The notes beneath the pieces were generated by a model, which worked only from the letters and a program-made list of their open reading frames with translations, did no database searches and was not told the origin of the DNA. From sequence record DRR723986_1348: 20,000 nt of DNA. One strand, given 5' to 3'. The translations under genes and the position numbers were made by a program. Within the stretch, counting starts at the first letter, position 1; the number at the start of each line of letters is the position of its first letter. Positions 9,117 through 16,923 of the stretch are shown here, piece by piece.

Positions 9117-9512
9117 ATGTCTTCTCGCGAGACTACCCAAACTACCAAGCGCAACATCGCCGACAAACGTGAATCGCTGCTCCCTGTACAACGCTTATCC
9201 GGGCTTCTGTCCGACACGCCAATTTTCAGCCAGCCCGCTGAGTTACTGGCAATATTGTGTCGGCTCGAGCAGGCATCTGTGAGAGATAACCGGGTACAAC
9301 TGGGTGATCACGTTCTACTTGAATGCGGCGAATGTAGCGAATTACTGTGCGTCAAATTGGTCTTACCAAAAGACGTGACACTCAGGCACTACCACCTTTC
9401 TGTGTTTTCGCCGCTGGGCAGGGCCGTTTACCAACAGCCACTCGGCGCGGAGCTGTCCATCAAGATGGCCCGCCGCTCGGTAACGCTCCGACTGCTGCAT
9501 TTCTACCGCTAA
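9117..9512 (+). CDS. GreA/GreB C-terminal-domain protein (Rnk-like)
   Basis: VQLGDHVLL...VKLVLPKD...LSVFSPLGRAV...LGAELSI matches the Gre/Rnk C-terminal domain pattern. GGAGG RBS precedes the ATG at 9117. Confidence 0.7.
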   Translation: MSSRETTQTTKRNIADKRESLLPVQRLSGLLSDTPIFSQPAELLAILCRLEQASVRDNRVQLGDHVLLECGECSELLCVKLVLPKDVTLRHYHLSVFSPLGRAVYQQPLGAELSIKMARRSVTLRLLHFYR

Positions 9513-9638
9513 TCATCGATGGAGGGAAACCCGTTATGGAGCGCTTATCGCGCCGCACGCTTTTTTATTCATACATGAATGCGATCAGTAGCGCACGCAA
9601 CGCGGCGCAGCATGGCGCTGGATCGTGGGAGAATAAAC

Positions 9639-9728
9639 ATGGCCAAAGAAAAGCCGAAAAAAACCGCCCAAAAATCGCTGAAGGATAAACGCCGCGAGAA
9701 GCGCGAAAAACGCAGAAACAGCGATTAA
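9639..9728 (+). CDS. Small basic protein, 29 aa (MAKEKPKKTAQKSLKDKRREKREKRRNSD)
   Basis: Read manually: GGGAGA RBS, ATG at 9639, TAA at 9726-9728, 14 of 29 residues Lys/Arg, followed by a hairpin. Shorter than any ORF in the supplied track. Confidence 0.65.
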   Translation: MAKEKPKKTAQKSLKDKRREKREKRRNSD

Positions 9729-9738
9729 CTCAGCCATT

Positions 9739-9764
9739 CGGCGCCGCCCCGTGGCGCCGTTATT
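9739..9764 (+). terminator. Putative intrinsic terminator between convergent genes
   Basis: CGGCGCCG-ccccg-TGGCGCCG stem followed by TTATT, between the microprotein stop (9728) and the receptor stop (9763). Confidence 0.55.
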
Positions 9765-12024
9765 AAAGCCGATACTTCAGGCTAACATCTAACTGACGCG
9801 GCGCAATTGCCTTTCCAAAATGCGCGCCACTGAGTGTAGGAATATCGCCGCTGCCTTCCAGCGCATGTTTGTCACCGGCATTGCGCAAAAATGCCTGCAA
9901 TGACCACTGCTCGTCGTCATCAGCGACGCGCAGGCGCAGATTATAGGTGCCAAACTCGCTTTGAAAATCTATCGGATCCTGGTCGGCCTGCAGGTACTTA
10001 TCGTCTTCATATAGCACGTCGACGCCAAACAGCACGTTCACCGGCCATTCACCGAGGTCATGGAAATAATTCACGCTGAAATTTGCTTTCCACAACGGCG
10101 CATTCGCCAGCGGTCGCCCGGTTAGGTCACAAGGCGTGTCTTCACCAGCGGGACAAGGGCCATTTTCATAGTCGGTAAAACTGGCATCAAGATAGGCGAC
10201 GGCGAGGTTGCCTGAAATACCCCAGGGCGTCACGAAGGCCGACTCCAACTCGGCACCTTTGGAGATCGCCCCCGCTGCATTGGAGATGCGACTGACATTG
10301 CCTTCAAAAATAGTAAGTTGAAGGTCTTCAAATTCCGTGTAAAACGTGGCGAAGTTGAGTGAGGCCGCGCCGCCGAAGAAACGAGCTTTCGCCCCTAGCT
10401 CATAGGTCAGCGAGGACTCAGGTTCTACTTCGGTTATTTCAGCGCGAACCGCAGAACCACTGTAGCCACCGCTTTTAAACCCCGCCGCCGCGCTGCCGTA
10501 AAACGTAATATCGTCACCCGGAATCCAACTGAGCGACAACTTGGGGCTAACATCTTCATCGACGCGTTTATCGATAAGGCGATATTCCTCAGCGGTGACC
10601 AGCTGGGTAAAGATAGGGCCATCGATATCTGTGCCGGCGGTGAACATTTGCAGCTGTTGGTCGACGTCTTTCTCTTCACGCGACACGCGAATACCACCGG
10701 TTAGCGTCCACTCCGGCGAAAAATGCCAACTTGCCTGCGCGTAAGCCGCCGTACTGAGGTTTTCCTGGTAGCCGTCAATCAACAGTCTCTCTCCCGGCCC
10801 ACCGCCAATCACTGAGGCCAAAATGGGGTCGAGACTCGCCAGCAGTCCACTGGTTGCCGATAGCCCCGTTAACAAATCCTCAGGATTCGGCGCGGCATCG
10901 ATAATCACGCGAATACGGGTATCACTGGTGGCGGCGTAAATACCCGCCACGTAATCAAACTTGCCGTCAAACATGCCCAGCGGAGAGACAATGCGCAGCT
11001 CGCTGCTCAGCTGTTCATAATCCTCAGCGTTCAAAAAATACAGCAGAGGAATGGGTGAAAAATCCAAGTCGCTATTGGATTCCTCTGCGATAGTGGTCAG
11101 CGAATTTATCCAGGCAAATTCATGCCCCCACAGCTGGGCGTTGAACCGGATATCGTATTTATTGCCATTTTGGTAAGTCTCAGCAGGATAGTCCTGCGAG
11201 CTCAACTCATTGGAGGGGTCCAATTCAACACGCGGGTCATAGAACTGCATCAGCTGAAACTGCTCGGGCGTTGCGGTTTGCACCTGAAAGCTACCGAGAC
11301 GAAACTCCTGATTGGTATCGGCCGCGGCGAAGGTAACATCCAGCCAGTCGGCAATATCCCAGCTCAGCTGCACGCGACCAATACGCGCATCGACACTGCC
11401 CTCATCGCGATCCAGCGTGGTGTTGTACACGGCGCCATCGCGCTGGTTAATTAAACCAGAGGCGCGTAAGGCCAGCCTGTCGTTAATAGGAATGTTCGCG
11501 GTTACGCTGTATTTATCGAGGTCTTCTTCGCCGGTTACCAGCTCTCCTGAGAATTCCAACTCCTGGCTGGGCTGGTTGGAGCGGATACTGATCGCACCTG
11601 AGATCGTATTTTTACCAAATAGTGTGCCCTGGGGGCCTCGCAGAATTTCCACTGAGGCCACATCGAGAAAGGCCGCATCAAGAAACGCCAAGCGGCCGAG
11701 GTAGACCCCATCCAAAAACAGGCCAGCCGATTGTTCAAAGCCTTTATCAAAGGGCGAGCCCAAGCCCCGCACCTGCAGGCTGGTAAAAGGCGCATGACTA
11801 AAAACGCTGAGATTAGGCGTGAAGTTGGAGATGTCTTCCATATTGCCAATATTGGCATCCGCCATCATTTCCGCCGACATCGCCACCACCGATATCGGCA
11901 CCTCCTGGAGGCTTTCTTCACGTTTTTGCGCGGTAATGACGATCTCTTCGAGCACCGGTGAGCGCGCCATCAAGTCTGTGCTCAACAGACAAAATACACT
12001 AGCAAGCAATCGCTTCTTCATCAT
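9763..12024 (-). CDS. TonB-dependent receptor, substrate unknown
   Basis: Signal peptide, TonB box LEEIVITAQKREESLQEVPISV, plug motifs VRGLGS and VEILRGPQGTLFGKNTISGAI, barrel motifs GFKSGG and ELGAK. No FRAP/NPNL motif. Confidence 0.92.
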   Translation of the reverse strand: MMKKRLLASVFCLLSTDLMARSPVLEEIVITAQKREESLQEVPISVVAMSAEMMADANIGNMEDISNFTPNLSVFSHAPFTSLQVRGLGSPFDKGFEQSAGLFLDGVYLGRLAFLDAAFLDVASVEILRGPQGTLFGKNTISGAISIRSNQPSQELEFSGELVTGEEDLDKYSVTANIPINDRLALRASGLINQRDGAVYNTTLDRDEGSVDARIGRVQLSWDIADWLDVTFAAADTNQEFRLGSFQVQTATPEQFQLMQFYDPRVELDPSNELSSQDYPAETYQNGNKYDIRFNAQLWGHEFAWINSLTTIAEESNSDLDFSPIPLLYFLNAEDYEQLSSELRIVSPLGMFDGKFDYVAGIYAATSDTRIRVIIDAAPNPEDLLTGLSATSGLLASLDPILASVIGGGPGERLLIDGYQENLSTAAYAQASWHFSPEWTLTGGIRVSREEKDVDQQLQMFTAGTDIDGPIFTQLVTAEEYRLIDKRVDEDVSPKLSLSWIPGDDITFYGSAAAGFKSGGYSGSAVRAEITEVEPESSLTYELGAKARFFGGAASLNFATFYTEFEDLQLTIFEGNVSRISNAAGAISKGAELESAFVTPWGISGNLAVAYLDASFTDYENGPCPAGEDTPCDLTGRPLANAPLWKANFSVNYFHDLGEWPVNVLFGVDVLYEDDKYLQADQDPIDFQSEFGTYNLRLRVADDDEQWSLQAFLRNAGDKHALEGSGDIPTLSGAHFGKAIAPRQLDVSLKYRL

Positions 12025-12043
12025 TTATCCACTGGCCTCAGTC

Positions 12044-12928
12044 TTATCGCGCTGGCGGGCGCATCACCAATACCGGTGTATTGGCTTTGTATTGTTCATA
12101 GTCCACTTGACCACCCCACTTCTCGTCGGCGCGTTTCTCAAGCAGCGGTACGCCGCTAATACGCGTGAGCAGCACCACGACAAACAACGGCGAAATCATC
12201 GTCACCCACTGCCAGCCCTGCAAACTGGGAATCGCCACAATCGCGACACCCAGCCAGAGCACAATCTCGCCGAAGTAATTGGGGTGGCGCGACCACCGCC
12301 ACAGGCCAATATTTATAAATTTACCGGCGTTCTCTGCTTGCTGGTTAAAACGGGTTTTCTGCGCGTCGGCGATCGCTTCTATCGACAAGCCCGCCAGCCA
12401 CACCAAGCCACCAGCAATCGCCCAACTATCGATGTCAGGCGCTCGCGAGCTGGTGATCGCCGCGAGGGCTGCCGCCAGAGTGACGAACACCCAAAGTCCC
12501 TGCAGCGTCCAGGTAACCAAGAAGCGAGACCAAATAGGTTTAATTTCATCGAAGCGGCCATCTTTACCCGCACGTTTTACTCGGCGAAATAAGAAAGGCC
12601 CGAGGCGCAATGCCCAAATGAATACCATTGCACTGAGCAGTATCGACCGGGGAGCGGCCTCTGCCAATGAGGCCGACGACGCCAGCAGCGCAAGCGCAAT
12701 AACAGCCAGGTAGGTAAGACTGCCGGTAAGGTCGTAGTAGTGCTCGGTTTGGAAAATATACGATGGAACAAAAATCAGCCACTGCACGAAAAACGCCAAC
12801 CCCGCGCAGGCCAACATCAGCGGAACACCGGCAACCTCCAGGCCACCATCGCCGCCAGCAAGGGCAATTGCCACGGCAATTAGCACCGACACCAGGATCA
12901 CCGCCAGCGCAATTAATTTCTTCTTCAT
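12044..12928 (-). CDS. DUF1295 family membrane protein (steroid 5-alpha-reductase-like superfamily)
   Basis: EHYYDLTGSLTY, WALRLGPFLFRRV, GKDGRFDEIK, WTLQGLW, EAIADAQK, GLWRWSRHPNYFGEI, SGVPLLE motifs; multiple transmembrane helices; AAGGAG RBS. Confidence 0.9.
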   Translation of the reverse strand: MKKKLIALAVILVSVLIAVAIALAGGDGGLEVAGVPLMLACAGLAFFVQWLIFVPSYIFQTEHYYDLTGSLTYLAVIALALLASSASLAEAAPRSILLSAMVFIWALRLGPFLFRRVKRAGKDGRFDEIKPIWSRFLVTWTLQGLWVFVTLAAALAAITSSRAPDIDSWAIAGGLVWLAGLSIEAIADAQKTRFNQQAENAGKFINIGLWRWSRHPNYFGEIVLWLGVAIVAIPSLQGWQWVTMISPLFVVVLLTRISGVPLLEKRADEKWGGQVDYEQYKANTPVLVMRPPAR

Positions 12929-13288
12929 GGAGCATCTCCTTCAGCTATCCACCGGCTGAGCACCAGACGTTAACGACATGCATACTTCTATGATGAACGA
13001 TTAAGCTGCCTGCTCCTGGCAGTGACTACGCTGCCAAATGACGCTGCCGAAACATCGCGGTTCAATGGGATATTGAGCAGCTTACCCGTGGGCACAGGCG
13101 CACACCGAGCGACCAATTCTCCTGACACCTCGACTTTTATTCTTCGTCATTATTTCTGAAGCAAGGCTCGCACATCATTTGCCAGCGAACCGGCAAATGC
13201 AAGTAAGTTACTCAATGCAAGATGCGTGCATTAGGTAAGCCAGCCAAAGAAGGTCTACGTACGCAGCGATAAAATGGATGCGTCGCGC

Positions 13289-14266
13289 CTAGGGAATAAG
13301 CCGATAAAGAGACAGCGCATTGCCGTAGGGCAAGGGGTTAGGAATGAGTAAGCCTTTCTCACTGACGAGTATGTCTGTCGGCTTAAAAAGCGGGGGGCGA
13401 CCCAGGCGTAACTGGCTGGGGCTATCAAAGCTGAGAGGCTCGCTGCGACTAAGCAAGTCGCCGTCCTGACTGACCAGCGCGACAGCGCCCTCACTGAAAA
13501 AACTGAGCAACAGTGCATCGCCTGCGACACTCAAGTCGTCGGGAATGCTGGTGAACTGAAACAGCTCTTCCGGCTCGCCGGCGGAGCCATCAGCGGCAAT
13601 GTCTACCCGCAGTAGCACACCGAGTGCTGGCGGCAGTAGTCGGCTTGCCGTAATAAACAAACTGCGCCCGACACTCGCAATACCATTGGGTTGATAGCCT
13701 GTTAGCGAGATCCAGTCGCTCTGCTCAACAACCTGCATGGCATCACTGGCGGAAAACCGAACCCTAACCACCTTGGGGTCAGGCAGCGTCAAACCCAGTT
13801 CAAGCGGCCCGTTAACAACATATAGCTCCCCACTCGGCCCGGCAGCCAAGCCATTGGGCATAGTCAGACCGAGCGGATGGATAAGAGAAAACTCAGGGGC
13901 TTCGGTAAGCCGCGCGGCCCACAATCCGCCGTCGTCGAATACGTTGACATAGAGCGTGTCGCCACGCTGAGCCATACCACCAAAACCACTGCCGCCGTCT
14001 GAACCCACCGAACGAGGCAGCGCGCGAAACTCATCAGACTCTTTTACCACTTCATAGATATTGGCGTTACCCGTGACAAACAAACGGCCACCGTCGGTAA
14101 AAAACACATTCTCCGCGCCGGGAATCTCCAATATACGCTGCTTGCTGCGGCATTGTGCCGTGACACAGCTCGGCGTGAACGTCGTGTTTGCGCTGCCACT
14201 GCCAGTACTACTGTCATTACAGGCGGTCATCATTAGCAAACTTAACAGCAAGAGTGCGTTTTTCAT
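13289..14266 (-). CDS. Lipoprotein with SMP-30/gluconolactonase/strictosidine-synthase-like beta-propeller
   Basis: Start reassigned to ATG at 14266 (ATGA overlap with the regulator stop, GGGGAG RBS). Signal MKNALLLLSLLMMTA-C16, Ser/Thr-rich linker, and propeller-blade motifs GAENV, GGMA, PNGLA, PNGIA, PDDL. Confidence 0.7.
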   Translation of the reverse strand: MKNALLLLSLLMMTACNDSSTGSGSANTTFTPSCVTAQCRSKQRILEIPGAENVFFTDGGRLFVTGNANIYEVVKESDEFRALPRSVGSDGGSGFGGMAQRGDTLYVNVFDDGGLWAARLTEAPEFSLIHPLGLTMPNGLAAGPSGELYVVNGPLELGLTLPDPKVVRVRFSASDAMQVVEQSDWISLTGYQPNGIASVGRSLFITASRLLPPALGVLLRVDIAADGSAGEPEELFQFTSIPDDLSVAGDALLLSFFSEGAVALVSQDGDLLSRSEPLSFDSPSQLRLGRPPLFKPTDILVSEKGLLIPNPLPYGNALSLYRLIP

Positions 14267-15237
14267 GCGGGCAGCTCCCCTTCCGTTTCTTGCGCAGCGG
14301 GGCTGCTGGCGGCAAATTGCACATCCTGTTGCTCGGCAAGCATCTCGCAACTGCCGCACTGCACCTCAATTTTCAGGGCCTGCCCACAAGATTTATGCGT
14401 TAGCGCCAGAACCTCGCCCTGTGGCCGCCAGTCCACCGCCCACTGCCGCAAGGCAATGATGATTGGATACAACGACAAGCCTTTTTTGCTCAGTTGGTAC
14501 TCATAGCGCGGCGGATTGGTCTGGTAACTTTTGCGCTCAAACACATTCACTGCAGACAACAGGTTGAGGCGGCCCGTTAATATGTTCGATGCAATACCTA
14601 ACTGCTTCAGAAAACCGTCGTAGCGGCGCGTGCCGAAAAACGCACAAATCAGTATGAGTAAGGTCCAGCGATCGCCGATCAGATCACTAATCCCCGCCAT
14701 GGCCAGATCCTCTTCACCGGTAGACTGAGAAACCCGCACACGCCGTTGACCGCTGAGCGACTTAATCGCGGCGATTTGTTGCTCGGTATCTCGCGCCACG
14801 GTGGGCAAAGCCATTGAGCCCAGGGTTATTGGCTCATGGCAGTGTCCGCACACAGCAACGGGGTGCATCGGCTGCCCGCAATGCGTATGCAGCAATGTGT
14901 AAGGCAGGGCATCGCGATACGCAGCCCCGCCCCACTCCAACTCCCATTGCCATGCCAATAGTGAAACGGGAAACAACGCCCGGCCTTTCTCGCTCAGGCG
15001 GTATTCAAAGCGGCTGGAGCCTTCGCCGTAGGCGTGCTTTTGCAGCACACCCTCTGCAACAAGGGCATTGAGCCGGCGACTCAGGGTCGCTCGGCTGGCT
15101 CCGGTGTGACGCCGAAACTCTTCAAACCGCTGACGCCCCAAAAAGGCATCGCGCAGGATCAACAACGACCAGCGGTCGCCGATCACATCCAAACCCTGCG
15201 CAATACTACTGTTAACAACTAAGTGATTGATATTCAT
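14263..15237 (-). CDS. Tandem (double-domain) HxlR-family winged-helix regulator
   Basis: Two internal repeats: GDRWSLLILRDAFLG..RFEEF...LSRRLNALV..G...EYRLSEKG and GDRWTLLILICAFFG..RYDGF...LTGRLNLL...EYQLSKKG. Each is followed by HxxCG-x(7)-CxxC. Start reassigned to ATG at 15237 (MNINHL). Confidence 0.9.
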   Translation of the reverse strand: MNINHLVVNSSIAQGLDVIGDRWSLLILRDAFLGRQRFEEFRRHTGASRATLSRRLNALVAEGVLQKHAYGEGSSRFEYRLSEKGRALFPVSLLAWQWELEWGGAAYRDALPYTLLHTHCGQPMHPVAVCGHCHEPITLGSMALPTVARDTEQQIAAIKSLSGQRRVRVSQSTGEEDLAMAGISDLIGDRWTLLILICAFFGTRRYDGFLKQLGIASNILTGRLNLLSAVNVFERKSYQTNPPRYEYQLSKKGLSLYPIIIALRQWAVDWRPQGEVLALTHKSCGQALKIEVQCGSCEMLAEQQDVQFAASSPAAQETEGELPA

Positions 15238-15301
15238 AGATTCTCTATACCCGAGAAGCAGCAGTATAGGGCCAAAGCCACCGTCGCAACAGTCGAAAGC
15301 A

Positions 15302-15335
15302 TTGACAGCACAAATTTCAGTATCATAATGCAACC
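15302..15335 (+). promoter_or_regulatory. Putative sigma70 promoter of the oxygenase operon with overlapping imperfect palindrome
   Basis: TTGACA (15302-15307), 16-bp spacer, CATAAT (15324-15329). The -10 is embedded in the imperfect inverted repeat GTATCATAATGCAAC. Confidence 0.6.
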
Positions 15336-15378
15336 CACTATATCGATTGATTTGGCAAGCCCAACAAGGAATACCGCT

Positions 15379-16851
15379 GTGACGATAAGCTATAAAAACA
15401 CCGTCAAACACACGCTCAAACCGAGCCTACACCCCTACCTCAACGGTGCCTGGACACCCAACTTTGACGAACTCACAGCCACCGACCTTGAGGTGATTGG
15501 CACCATTCCCAGCGATATCGACGGCGTTTATATTCGAAATACCGAGAATCCCGTCCACGAAGCTATCGGCCATTATCACCCCTTTGACGGCGACGGCATG
15601 CTGCACGCGATGGTGTTTAAAGACGGGAAAGCTGAGTACAGAAATCGCTTCGTTCGCACCAAAGGCTTTGACGCGGAACAAGAAGCTGGCGAGGCCATAT
15701 GGGCGGGCATTGCCAATAACCCGAAGAAATCCAAACGCCCTGGCTGGGGCGCCCAGGGCTATCTAAAAGATGCCTCATCGACGGATGTTGTGGTTCATGC
15801 CGGCCAGGTTCTATCCACATTTTGGCAATGCGGCGACGGCTACCGCCTCGACCCTTTTACCCTGGAACAATACGGTGCAGAGCGATGGACGCCGGTGGAT
15901 GGCATTTCCGCCCACCCAAAAGTGGACGAGCGCAGTGGCGAAATGCTGTTTTTTAATTACTCCACCTATCCGCCTTATCAACACTACGGCGTTGTGGACA
16001 GCAACAACAAGTTGGTGCATTACACACCTGTACCAACACCGGGGCCGCGCCTTCCACACGACATGGCGTTCACGGAGAACTACTCCATCCTGGTCGACCT
16101 GCCGATGTTCTGGAATCCCACTCTGCTCGAGCAAGGCAAATATCACGCGGAGTACCACCCCGAGCTACCCACGCGCTTTGCCATTTTGCCGCGCTATGGC
16201 ACTGCCGAAGACGCCATTTGGTTTGAAGCGTCGCCCACCTATGTGCTGCATTGGATGAACGCCTACGAAGACGGCGATGAAATTATTTTGGACGGCTACT
16301 TTCAGGATGACCCAGATCCAGCGCCGCTGCCGGGCCTACCGCCGGCTGCGGGTAAAATGATGGCCAACATCGACCTGTGCTCGCTAAAAACACGGCTGCA
16401 TCGCTGGCGTTTCAATCTGAAAACCGGCGAGGTCAAGGAGCAACATCTTGACGAACGCGCCCTGGAATTCGGCACCTTCAACCAGCGCTATGCCGGCATC
16501 AAGTCCCGCTACCTTTACTCCGTATGGAACGAGCCCGGCATGTTCCTATTTTCCGGCCTGGTCAAACACGATCTGGAAACCGGCGACAGTTGGGAGCTGC
16601 CCTTTGGCGAACAACGCTATGGTAGCGAAGCGCCGTTCGCGCCGCGAGTAAATGCCAAAGACGAGGACGATGGCTACCTGGTTAGCTTTATCACCGACAT
16701 GAAAGCCGACCGCTCTGAGTGCGTGTTGATCGACGCCAAAGACATTGAGGCGGGCCCCGTTTGCCGAATTATTCTCCCCCACCGGATCAGCAGCGGTACC
16801 CACGCGACTTGGGCCGACGGCCAGAGTATTCGCACGTACCAAAATCCCTGA
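15379..16851 (+). CDS. Carotenoid oxygenase / RPE65-family non-heme Fe(II) dioxygenase
   Basis: YHPFDGDGMLH, YRNRFVRT, the four iron-ligand His in SAHPK, PHDMA, VLHWMNA and GTHATW, and SEAPFAPR...EDDGYL. Start reassigned to GTG at 15379 with AAGGA 8 nt upstream. Confidence 0.93.
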   Translation: MTISYKNTVKHTLKPSLHPYLNGAWTPNFDELTATDLEVIGTIPSDIDGVYIRNTENPVHEAIGHYHPFDGDGMLHAMVFKDGKAEYRNRFVRTKGFDAEQEAGEAIWAGIANNPKKSKRPGWGAQGYLKDASSTDVVVHAGQVLSTFWQCGDGYRLDPFTLEQYGAERWTPVDGISAHPKVDERSGEMLFFNYSTYPPYQHYGVVDSNNKLVHYTPVPTPGPRLPHDMAFTENYSILVDLPMFWNPTLLEQGKYHAEYHPELPTRFAILPRYGTAEDAIWFEASPTYVLHWMNAYEDGDEIILDGYFQDDPDPAPLPGLPPAAGKMMANIDLCSLKTRLHRWRFNLKTGEVKEQHLDERALEFGTFNQRYAGIKSRYLYSVWNEPGMFLFSGLVKHDLETGDSWELPFGEQRYGSEAPFAPRVNAKDEDDGYLVSFITDMKADRSECVLIDAKDIEAGPVCRIILPHRISSGTHATWADGQSIRTYQNP

Positions 16852-16923
16852 AGCGCTGGTAGTCTTGACGTTCGTGCCGCCGACAGGCGGCCATAACAAC
16901 CAACAATAAAAAGTGGGGAACAT

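Noticed and set aside
8942-9172. 76-aa ORF in the divergent promoter region
   Set aside because: It has a TTG start without an RBS and overlaps the Gre-like gene out of frame.
9347-9688. 113-aa ORF, or a 50-aa version from ATG 9536 with an upstream GGAGG
   Set aside because: It overlaps the better-supported microprotein out of frame (the long form also overlaps the Gre-like gene) and has no recognisable features. The 50-aa version cannot be fully excluded.
11819-12592. 257-aa plus-strand ORF
   Set aside because: It is antisense to DUF1295 and the receptor and has no recognisable motifs, so it is a shadow ORF.
12985-13130. About 46-codon minus-strand ORF in the DUF1295 leader (VSGELVARC...)
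   Set aside because: RBS spacing is poor and there is no recognisable protein feature.
15223-15411. Apparent head-to-head overlap of the HxlR and CCO ORFs in the track
   Set aside because: This is an artefact of longest-ORF starts. The likely starts (15237 and 15379) leave a 141-bp promoter region. The same applies to the extended starts of hmuV, hmuU, hmuT, exbD and the lipoprotein.
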